Of a stretch of DNA of 64,000 nucleotides, positions 29,001-64,000 are shown piece by piece. This DNA is from Amoebidium appalachense (Eukaryota > Protista > Ichthyosporea): NCBI GenBank assembly GCA_963693365.1, contig CAVNZM010000005.1, positions 12,051,728 through 12,115,727 of the forward strand. The letters are read 5' to 3'. Each line of letters starts with the position of its first letter. The stretch's first letter is position 1. The position numbers were made by a program, and so were the translations under genes. The notes beneath the pieces are model-generated. The model saw only the letters and a program-made list of their open reading frames with translations, was not told the origin of the DNA and did no database searches.

Positions 29001-30329
29001 GGTGCAACAGAATGGTATGACGGCAAAAGGGGAGACGACATCGTGCATGTACGGTACGGCTGAGGTGTGGTTCGTCTCTGTAGCTCGGTTGGTAGAGGGT
29101 GCTCTGGCCATCGCTCTTCTCCTATGTTTCTTTATCTTCTGTTTTCCTTGACACATCGGAATTCTTTATCCTCAAGTAACATTAGTAGTCTTCTTGGATT
29201 GCAACGATTTGATCCTTTTCGTTTACTTTTTGCCTTTTACTTTTATTCTGCGTGTGTCGCTTCATACAGCCATCTGCCAGGTGAATACGGGCTGTAGTAG
29301 TGCTGGATGGGTGATACAGCCTTGCTTAACTGTCAGCTCTAGATGTGATGTATGAGGTAACATGTTCTGATTAGAGTGCATTTTATATACCTGTATACCC
29401 CATATAGATGCAGATGCCATGGTGTGAATAATATGTTAATTAAGGTGCCTTAATCGGTAGGAATTCGAAGCTGACCACATCGGGAGTAGGGAGTAGGGGG
29501 TAGAGGCGTTAGGGGGGGGGGGGTCTTGTTCTTCTTCTTCTTTTTTTTTAGGGGGGGAGGGGGGGGGGGGGGGGGATGGGGATGGGGGAATTGGTAACGA
29601 ATTAATCGTAATGAATTTGCCTTTTGCTTATTTGATGTCGTTATTACTGTTCCCATGATATTGTATATTTGGGGCTGGTTGAAAATAGCCTGATAAATGT
29701 GAGCAGCTTAGAGATGATGTTACCGTTGCTTTTCTTGTATCATCGGTGATCAAACTATTGATGACGTATGTATGCCATAATATCATACTGATGGTCCCTT
29801 GTTCACATATACAGCGGTTCTATCTTCAGACATAACCTATTTGCCTGTAGTTCTAACCCCCCCCCTACCTACCCACCCACCCACTCACCCACGTGCACCC
29901 CCTGCTCTCCCTCTCGCTGTCTTCCCCGCCTAGACCGGCCCCACCCCATCCAACTCTAAATAGCACGTCGGAACAAAAAAATGAATTTGAGTAATTACCA
30001 AAGGAAAATTTAGAAGAAGTGACCCCCCCCCCCCCCCCCCTCTCGGGGCAAACCACAATGATGCGCCACCCGCCCCAGCATTCACAGGGTACTATTGAAA
30101 TCACACACGAGTGCGCGTGCGCACGTGCGCACGCACACACACACACAGTCACGGCGCACTTACTGTAATCACACACGCACACACGTGCACGCGCGCATAC
30201 ACACACACACACACACACGTGGCACACACACACACACACACACACGCAGTCGCACGGCGCACTTACTGTCATCACACACGCACGCACGTGCACGCGCGCC
30301 TTGCACACGCACATACACACTGTGTGGCG

Positions 30330-30411
<82 letters not shown>

Positions 30412-31303
30412 AAGAGGAAGAAGAACAAGAGGAAGCACCACTGACAACCGACTCCCTACACATCACAGTCCTACCGCTAGGGTGTGCCCCATTCAGGGCC
30501 CTATGCCCATGCAAACTCCCTCTTCGCTTACCAACACACGTGAACACAGCACTTAGAGTCCCCCCCCCCCCCTCCCCCCCTCCCCCCCCTCTGTACCCTA
30601 GTTAGGGTTTCGTTTCTTGTCCCACTCTTTTTATTGGTGTGTGAGTAGCATATATTATAACCTGCACATATCATCCCCCTTGCCGCAAGTCGGTATATAT
30701 ATATATACATATATATATCGGAAACAAATATCCAAAGCATACGAATACAATCCACGCTCTATCATAACACATTCAAAAGGTAAGCCCAGTCGTGATCGAT
30801 GAATATGGTAGTGCATCTTGGCCAAAGTGAGGCATGTATACACAAAGACACCATAAATGCTACACAAAAAAAACTGAAAGCAGAGAAAAAGAATGTGTAT
30901 GGTGTGAAATCTTGTTCATTACAAACCCCCCCCCCCCCCCCCCTCCCCCCCCCCCCCCCAAACACACACACACACACAAACAAAACAAAACCAAATAAGA
31001 AAAAGAAGGAACAAGAAAAAAAGATACAGACTCTCTCCACCGATCATTACGCATAACAAAATAAGAAATTTTAAAAAAAGAAATCATAACCAAGCAAGCA
31101 TCTGCAGAATGGTACCACCTAGTAAACACACCATTTTTCTTGTTTTCTTCATTATATATGGAAACATGAACATCAGGGTGACTAATACAACGGCCTAATA
31201 ATAGCACCCGTGACCCATCCACACGATACCATAATCTCATTCGCATTAGAATATCTAAACCCGCCGGTTTCATACTTTCGTTTGTTTGGCTCTAAGTCGT
31301 GGC

Positions 31304-39697
<8,394 letters not shown>

Positions 39698-39761
39698 GAC
39701 AATTCCTGCGAGTTGAATTTGTTTGCGTGCCGCTACACGCACACACGCACACACAAAGAAA

Positions 39762-39878
39762 ATGAAGTACCGTTCGTCCCTCCGTATGATGTGTGATGCC
39801 TGCCAGTTTGTTGTGCGTAAGGGCCGGGTACGCGTGATCTGCAAAGAGACACCCAAGCACAAGCAGACACAGAAGTGA
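39762..39878 (+). CDS. MRPL36: Ribosomal protein bL36 (mitochondrial L36-type), intronless, 38 aa; too short for the ORF track
   Basis: [38 protein letters not shown] shows the L36 pattern MKxRxS, CxxC, RKGRVxVIC, PKHKQ. Confidence 0.9.
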   Translation: MKYRSSLRMMCDACQFVVRKGRVRVICKETPKHKQTQK

Positions 39879-39887
39879 GCTAGCAAA

Positions 39888-39922
39888 GTTTATCTTGAAA
39901 GCACCAGGTGAGTGAGCATAGT
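39888..39922. repeat. Right arm of the perfect 35-bp inverted repeat
   Basis: GTTTATCTTGAAAGCACCAGGTGAGTGAGCATAGT, containing a CAG|GTGAGT donor. Confidence 0.97.
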
Positions 39923-40635
39923 TCCCTAAGCTCAAATCTCCTTTTCCTTTCGCCTCACCTTCTCGCATGCTTATGCTGCTGTTCTGCTGTTCTTTTCTGC
40001 ACCCCTCACACGCTTCGTTTGCGACATACCCTCTATTTTATGTGCTCGCCGCTTATACCCCTTCCCCTCCGCCTCCTCTTTCGTTGCTCTTCGTTCTTGG
40101 GAGAGCTACCAGTTATAAAGCAAGCACACACTTCAGTCGAAGGAAGTGCAGACTCACACACACAATCAGACATATCATGCGTGCAGGCTGGATTTCACAT
40201 AATTACTTAAGCACACACCAATACGGCGCCTCTACAGGTTCTTCTCAGTACGCCCGCTCATGCGCACACATACACAGGCTCTCCTACACCTGTTTCCCCC
40301 TGCCTCTCCCCCCCCCCCCCTCTTCCCCCCTCCCCCTCCCTCCCCCTTCCCTTGCCCCGTTTTCCGGACCCCGTCTGTGACATACAAACCTGCACGTCGA
40401 TTTCTCGCATGTATGCCTTGCGTTATTAGGTCTTTGATAGACGTTTAAGAATTGTACAAGCTATGCAATTAGAAGCTTTCGACCATTGAAAACACTTTTT
40501 TTCTTGTCCCTGCTGGGACCTTGATTGTTCAACATGCTTTCTCTTCCCAGTATCCTCCTACCCCCCCCCTCTCGGACCATTTTTTTTCCGTCTGGGTCTT
40601 AATTAGTTATTTCTACAATGCGTTTTGCCTCACCC

Positions 40636-40682
<47 letters not shown>

Positions 40683-41119
40683 ACCCCACACACACACACA
40701 CACACCTCCACCTCACATCTCCACACTGCCACTTTTTAATATACTCAACGTGCAAGGTTGGTAAAAGGAAGGCTTGACCTACCTACACCCACATCCTTTC
40801 ATGGGTGCTTTTTACAGTTTGTGCTTATTCAACTCGTAACTAGCAACGAAAATACTACCCCCCCTCCCCCCCCCCCCCTCCCCACCGCCCCCACCACCAA
40901 CATAGTTAGCCGTCCACCTGTCCTTACAGACCCCTTTTCCGCCTCTCCTCTGCTTTCAGCCAACACCTGTTAGAGTATATTTCTCGGCAGAGACAAGGGC
41001 GTACAATGAAAAAAATAGTGGAGGAAGGTTTGAAAGAAGGCAAAGAAATGAACGAGTGAAGCTCGACAAAAGGGAGGGATGGGGCATAAGGGGGAAGGAG
41101 TGGGTTTGAGTTGAAGCAG

Positions 41120-41461
41120 GTTCCTTGGTTTACGTATTTGGCAAAACATATGATGACTATGATCAAAAATGGTATGTGCAGCCACACCTCACCCAAGGAC
41201 ACAAGCATGCAAGCACGCACGAACACACAAATGGGGGACATGCGTGCACACAGGCACACACATGCAGACGGCAAAGCTTGTACACACAGACACACACACA
41301 CTCACTGACACACACACACAGCCCCTTGCCCGTTTGCTCGTCATTGCAATTGAAGGCGTACCAGCCAAACGAATTCACTCTTGACCAACAAAACTTACAT
41401 CCACTTTTTTCTCAGGTACTTCTACGCCACTCCCACGAACATTGACTTGGCCCAGAGTTGA
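41120..41461 (+). other. Candidate orphan exons (41120-41171, 41416-41461; optional 40187-40237) lacking their own start codon
   Basis: AG/GT-bounded, with donor GTATGT and acceptor TTTTTTCTCAG. They read GSLVYVFGKTYDDYDQKW|YFYATPTNIDLAQS* in phase with the right-IR donor. No family recognised. Confidence 0.3.
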
Positions 41462-41798
41462 TTGCGGCAGTGAATGGTCGAAACCTCACCATATCTGTAT
41501 TTTTGTAGCCCTCTTCTAGTCACTCCATGTATGTGTTTTATATTCAGAGCTCTTCCATATCAATATGAACAATAGGTGTCATGTATGCACACACATATTG
41601 TAACCTGTGTGGTCATGCTCCCGTGATGACTACAAAGTTATGCAATCACAAAAAGCAGGTGTGATGCGTGTGAGGGTATAGCTGGATGAATAAACACTCA
41701 AATCGGGTGTGTTGAATTGGCTGTGCCAATTGCCCTGACTGATATTGGGAGATTTAATGCAAATGCATAGAGTCCCCCCCCCCCCCCCCTCCTCCCCA

Positions 41799-41829
<31 letters not shown>

Positions 41830-42366
41830 TACAGATGTGCGCGCTCGCACACACACACACACACACACACAATGTGTGGTTTGCACTTTCAGAGGTGTTG
41901 TCCGCTGTGATTGTAGTATTTCGTACATCAAAACACATTCTTACCCCCCCCCCCCCCCCCCCCCCTCCCCCCGCCGTGGTGAAGCCACCACACCTCGTAG
42001 ATATATGAACAAATATGTCACACCCATATGTACGTACTACTGCAGGCAGACAAAATCAGTAATACGGACGTACACATCTACATGCACCTGTACACGCACC
42101 TAGGCCTATCAAGTCGGGATCACAATACATATTCGTATCAGCTGCAGAGATTCGAACAACAAGACGTGCAACACATGCCATGAGGCTCTGCACAGGTGCA
42201 ATACTTAACAAGTACAGGCTTTTTACTGGCAATACTTTGCGGATTATTGGCTCAACGGATTCAAACCGGCCTTCAGCTATTTATCATGTGTACGTACACA
42301 CGTATGTTTGATGATAACAAACCCTTTAGAAGCAGGTGATATCGATCTGCATGCATCGCATGAAAT

Positions 42367-42401
<35 letters not shown>

Positions 42402-42888
42402 TTCCCCGCGCACCACAGCAGGTTGGTTGAACATCACATATAGACACTGCCAATATATAATTGGAGCAATGTCACGTGCACACGAGCTGATGTGAATTTC
42501 AAACTTCAAGAGTGGATAATCTCCACTCGAGCTCGGATCCGAATTCAGGCTGTAGAACATCAGACTTACGTACGGGCATTATACCCACTAGCCTGGGTCC
42601 ATGTTCATTACATGTTCCTATTGAAAATTCGTGCATCACATGCCTACAGTATCCGACAAACAAAGGCATACATATCCGGCCCGGACAGTCAACAAAGTCG
42701 GTGCCGAACTATATTTAATTACTCAAGCATTATAATGGGGATTTATTTGGCTAATCTTGCCAACCAATCCTACCATATCAATCCGCAGCGCTAGCGCTGG
42801 TCACTCTGCCCCTTTCCTCCCCCCTCCCCCCCTCCCCCCCCTCTCTCTTACTCCCATCAAATTTACTATCCTTCCCCCCCCCCCCCAA

Positions 42889-42926
<38 letters not shown>

Positions 42927-42935
42927 TATGTAGAC

Positions 42936-51313
<8,378 letters not shown>

Positions 51314-51780
51314 TTCGTGTTTGTCCGAAGCCACCCAACCCGTATTCGACTCCGACAAGAAGTGTATGTGTAAGTATAGCTGGTATGCTTTGCTTTGTTA
51401 ATCACCGTAAGTCACGGGCGCACAATAAGGAATCCAGGTGTTCTAACCAAGAAACCAGTTGCCGAGTGCGTTATTCTTGCACTCATTATAGGCCGAAAGC
51501 TGGCTGAACTGTGTATGCTGAGAAGCTTTGTTCACGGTTTCCAACCGTTCTCTCACGGTACGTTCAGCTAACTGCGCGTCTCAGGCTGGTCGATTTGGAG
51601 ATATTTTGAGTCGAGGCTCACGGCCCTTCCGGCTTTTTTTGCTCCTGACCCTTCGACCTCACCACCTTTCCCAACACATGTGCACACACACGCCTCTCCT
51701 CACCGTGACGCCTCTAGATCTCTTTCGATACTCCCCCCCACCTCCCCCCCTTTCGCCTGAGAACTTGGTTGGTAAAATGT

Positions 51781-51826
<46 letters not shown>

Positions 51827-52603
51827 CTCTCTCGATCCTCCGGCCTCCCCGGCGGCTCTCCCGTCTCTCCGGCCTCCCCGACGGCCCCCCCCCCCCCCCC
51901 CCTCCCCCTCCCTACTTGAGCTTCCTCTTTACCCTGCAGCTGATTCGCACTTCCAATCATTTTTAGAAGAAGCTTTTAATTATACAGTCTCTTACAGTAG
52001 CTATTAATTATGTTTACCCCCCCCCCTCCCCCCACCACCACCACCACCACACCCACACCCACATGTACATCCACACCCACCTTCTGAAAACAACACTAAC
52101 AACATAGGAAAATTATCAAACCGATTCACGAACAGCACAACCTTAGCCCATCCCTCATTCATTCCTAGCATGCCGAAAAAACAAAAGACTAACCAGCAGC
52201 TAGTTTAGTTTCAAGTTGAACACTGCCACAACACCCGGCTTTGACCATGAAATTTTTAAGACCCAACCACCACGTGCTATCATGTACATGTTCCGTACTG
52301 TCGATTAGCCCTTCCAAGACAAACCCCTGAAAAAAGCGAAACCCTCTGCTCGAGCAAAGGTAGCCTTGGGTAAACAACAAACAACCACGGACAAGCTTAC
52401 CACTATCATTCAGCTAAATTAACACCCTACACATAATATTAATCAAGTATCATGACAAACAAAAGCTTAATAATATACATTCAACCAGGCCTCTAACATA
52501 TATGCACACCAGGTTGAATTCTTAACAACCCAGCCTGCAGCTGGCATCGCCAGTGCAATTTGTCATATTGCAATGACATGGTGTTCCACAGGCAATCACA
52601 TAT

Positions 52604-60080
<7,477 letters not shown>

Positions 60081-60534
60081 CTGAAAATGCAAAGTACAAT
60101 TAGGATGATGTAGATTTAACCCCCCCCCCCCCCCCCCCCCACCACCATCACCACCACCACCACCGCCACCTCCCTCCCCCCTCCCTCTTGCCCCTCAAAT
60201 CCTCTCCACACACAAACACAAACACACACACACACATACACACAAAGGGAAGAAATAAAGAAAGAAATAATAATAATAACAGAAGAGAAAATAAAGAGAA
60301 GAAAATAGAAGAAAACGGAGATTTTTACGAAAGGGAAAAAGAAAACTGAGAAGGAAAAAAACATATCGGCTCTCCTAACATGGGATTCAAATGAACGTTG
60401 CACCTGTGCAGAGCTGTGCTTGTTACCTAGATGCCACGAGTGAAACTGTCCCATAAAGGGCTAATGGAAGCGTAAGTTCACCAGCTCAGATATTTTGCCT
60501 TTTATCTAAAGTTGTGTGTATGTTTGCGTGTGTA

Positions 60535-60604
<70 letters not shown>

Positions 60605-61776
60605 GGGGGGAGGTGACAGTTGGCGGTTAGGAATGGTCTAACAAATGGACATCGATATTTCGAGAGCATCGGATCAGAGAAAACAAAGGGTAAAGCACAA
60701 CTGAAAGCTGCAGGCATATACAAGCTCTCAATGAGAGGCTCACGTGCAAGAAAGCAAAAATTACAACAAAATGCTTGGCGCTGGGGAGCTTGCAAAAGAA
60801 AAGCGGATGGGAAATGGATGAAATGACTGACGACCATAGTTCACTACGTTACGCTCGCGTTGTGGGCCGAACGGTCACGCATGGATCAAAGAAAGATGCC
60901 AGATGGGAGCAAGCTATGAAATTGAAGGCTCGACAGGTGACATCACCCTTTATCAACTGACAACGATCTACGTGCCGCTATAGGGTTTGGCGAAAGTGCA
61001 CGGATGCTTTCGGATCTACACAATTATATAGTCAGTCCAAACCATGTGCCTGGTAGAAGGCCCCATGTTGAACACACACACCAACACAACCAGTACGCAC
61101 ACACGCGCACAGACGCACACACACTTGGGCACACACATGCACACACAAATGCACGCGCGCACACAAGCGGGCGCGCCCACATACACACACACACACACTT
61201 GTACACACGCACACATGCACAAGCACACACACACAAACACACACACACACACAAGCACACACACACAGGCACACACACACACACACACACACACAAACAC
61301 CTTTACACACGCAGTTATACAAGAAATTCCAACTCACACAACACTTACACAATTGGTCGCCGGAGTAAGGAGATGCTTCGTTTGGCCACCAACATAGGTA
61401 CTTCGTTAGCCAAGCAGGCCGCAAACCCCCTTAAACCGCCCCTAGCCAGCATTCTCGTCGCTCTCCCAGAAACCACAAGAAGAAATTCGTTGATTGAAAA
61501 ATGAGGAAAAAGAGGAGAGGGATGCTGGGGGGGAAATGCCCACCCACCCACACAACAACACCCCAAAACTCGATCAAGAACGAGAAAGTCGTCAGTGAAA
61601 CTGCGGCAGGCTTTTTTTGGCTCATAAGACATGTCCAGTACGCTGTGAGCCTAGTCTATAATTGTGACGTCAGATGTTACTTCATTGTGGGCTCTATTGC
61701 ACCCGTAGTGGCTTCTACTTAGCCAGTTTGCGTTTTGTTGTTGAAGACTATTATGAGCCCGACTGCAACTTCACAA

Positions 61777-62143
61777 CCAATCAAAAAGTGTTTACAGCTT
61801 CATGATTTGCCGATTCGAAAGATGTGTGTGCCTGTGTGGTAAGCCTCGGGCTCCAATTATTAGGTTTTAGGACTAAGCTACTGAGTATAATGCAAACTAA
61901 ATCCAATTTAAGGTATAAAAAAGTTGTTTAACGGCCTTTGGAGTTCTTCACGGCTGGTTTTTGCTATCTATATAACGCAAGATACAGGCCGCTTTTCTGA
62001 TACAGCAATCTTGATTGATGATTATTAGCTTATGATAAACGAGCGTGACCCCAAATGTACCCAATCAATTTCTGCGTATCAAACAGTTGATAAATTCCTT
62101 TGACTTGAAACCAATCAAGGCAACTCAATATAGGTCAACCAAT
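61777..62143. promoter_or_regulatory. CCAAT-box cluster in the divergent PRODH/NPL intergenic region
   Basis: CCAATCA at 61777, 62061, 62111 and 62139, all in the same orientation. Confidence 0.35.
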
Positions 62144-63113
62144 CACAACGCCCAAATCTGCCGTCAGGGCGCGAAAGCTCCCCGACGGTCAGGCTAGGGG
62201 CATAAAAAAAAAAAAAAGAAAAGAAAGAAAGAAAGGAACGAAGTGTCTGTGTGCAGGTGTTTGCTGTAGGGTTGAACGTGTCTTTAAGGGGCTGTTACAC
62301 ATAAAGGTACGCTTTAATTTTAGTGCTATTATAATAACTGCTACGCATTCACTGTTGTCACCAACGTGGCACATGCTCTGTGGTTTCTGGCAGTCACATT
62401 TTACGTGTGTGGCATGTTTTTCTCCCATGGGAAAGGAGTCTCGGAGGTAGAACTCGTATCTGCTCGCTTCTGTGAAGAGCCTGTAATCTTACACCTACTC
62501 GTATGTATGCATAAGACAGGTTCTGTGCAATTGAATCTTTGAAAAGTGTGCATCCTCAGACTGAGAGCCGAATTAGGATGCCTTGACCGAAGATCCATCC
62601 ACGTTTCAAGGTTTTGCTTTTTACATGGTAGCGCTTGTGCGGGTGTGGTAGCATGCTTGTTTTTATTACTGGCTTTTAGCGAAACGGCGCTAAGTTTCGC
62701 ATGGGTTTGTCTTGCTGTTATGCATCATCCTCTTTTTCAGTTTTCAAGTGTTAGTGTGTGAGATCTGTTGGTCTTTGAGGCAGCTGCAAATTATATGCGC
62801 GCGGCAGCTTTGTTTAGTATCATGGTACAGTCCTTCGCATAAGATATGAGGTTCCAACAAAGTTTCACCAGTATTTGTACTGTTATCGGCCTTATATTCA
62901 TCCCTCAGATAGCTTCCCATCAGTTTTCCTCTCCCTGCCACCCCCCCCCCCCCCCCCCTCCCCCTCCCCCCCTTCCCTGCTTCCTCCCCAATTTTTTCAC
63001 ACACACCGTGACACTCACTCACTCACTCATTCACGCACGCACGCACACACACACACATACCACCCACCAACACAGCTACTAATACACAACACCCCCTCAG
63101 CTCGAAGATGCAC

Positions 63114-63464
63114 ATGTCTGATTTCCGTGTCCGCGGTGTGGTGGCGGCTCCCCCCACGGCCTACAAGCCCAATGGCGATGTAGCCACCGAGATTGTCGAC
63201 ACTCAGGCCAAAATGCTTAAAGAAAGTGGTATTGTGGGTGTTTACACTACAGGCACAACGGGTGAGGGGCTTGCTTTAAGTGTTGAGGAGAGAAAAGAGG
63301 CCATCACTGCATGGGCAAAGGCACGGTGGATCCCCCCCCCCCCCCCCCCCCCCCCCTCCCCCCTGTCCCCCCTGCCCTCCCCCCCTCCCCCTCCCCACCC
63401 CACCCCCCTCTCCCCTTAACCCATTCACCACGGCCATGTCCCCCGTCCGCTCCTCCACCCCCTC

Positions 63465-63504
<40 letters not shown>

Positions 63505-63725
63505 TTCGCCCCTATACTTGTGACACACTCCGCGCTTGCCTTCCACTCCATGATTTACTGCACCAGCTATGTTATTCTTTGTACTCCCCCCCCTCTTTCT
63601 CCCCCCCCCCCCCCCCCCCCTCGCCCCCCTGTTTCACCCTCCCCGTTTCCGTGCTGCGGCTATGTACAGCACCATGCTGTAATCCGAGCCATATATTACA
63701 TATTAAACCTCCACACACGCGCGCG

Positions 63726-63764
<39 letters not shown>

Positions 63765-63856
63765 CCTTGTGCTTCCATGACCTCTACGAGGCTCCCTTTG
63801 CATATAAATTCATTGGCTGAGATGCTCACACACAAATAATATTCAATGGCCGAGAT

Positions 63857-63900
<44 letters not shown>

Positions 63901-63984
63901 CACACAGGCATGCAAGGCGCACGGGCTGATCCACATTGCCCACATTGGCCACGCCGTAGTCAGAGACGCCCAGGCCCTTGCCAG
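63114..63984 (+). CDS. NPL: N-acetylneuraminate lyase / DHDPS-family protein, 5' part (exons 63114-63320, 63908-63984; continues beyond the window)
   Basis: VRGVVAAPPTAYKPNGDV...GVYTTGTTGEGLALSVEERK..W..ACKAHGLIHIAHIG matches the NAL/DHDPS GxTGE motif. An in-frame join needs a GC donor at 63321. Confidence 0.8.
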
Positions 63985-64000
63985 GTACGTCCTAACAGCT

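Overview
Eukaryotic nuclear DNA, intron-rich and saturated with (CA/GT)n, (GA/CT)n and poly-C/G tracts. Most of the ORF track is microsatellite noise. A unicellular opisthokont is plausible but is only inferred. By manual splicing I find these genes: a DIPP-type Nudix hydrolase (+), an RRM plus NCOA5-like protein (+), an orphan C2H2/Zn-ribbon protein (+), BRE/BABAM2 with three reading-frame lesions (-), an intronless ribosomal protein bL36 (+), a cold-shock-domain/PP2C phosphatase fusion (-), an EF-hand-containing proline dehydrogenase (-) and the start of an N-acetylneuraminate lyase (+). Mobile DNA comprises a hAT-type non-autonomous element with TIRs and an 8-bp TSD, and a poly(A)-tailed non-LTR retroelement with an intact RT ORF. 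The most striking observations are: (1) a 265-bp cassette bounded by perfect 35-bp inverted repeats, each carrying an outward-facing splice donor, which holds the L36 gene and the apparent BRE start codon (candidate DNA inversion switch); (2) (CA)n tracts replacing polypyrimidine tracts at many 3' splice sites, often with (GT)n near donors; (3) the CSD-PP2C architecture, with a duplicated in-frame exon segment; (4) a short intronic repeat family oriented with the host transcript. Homopolymer frameshifts suggest some assembly error. All protein identities come from remembered motifs, not database searches.
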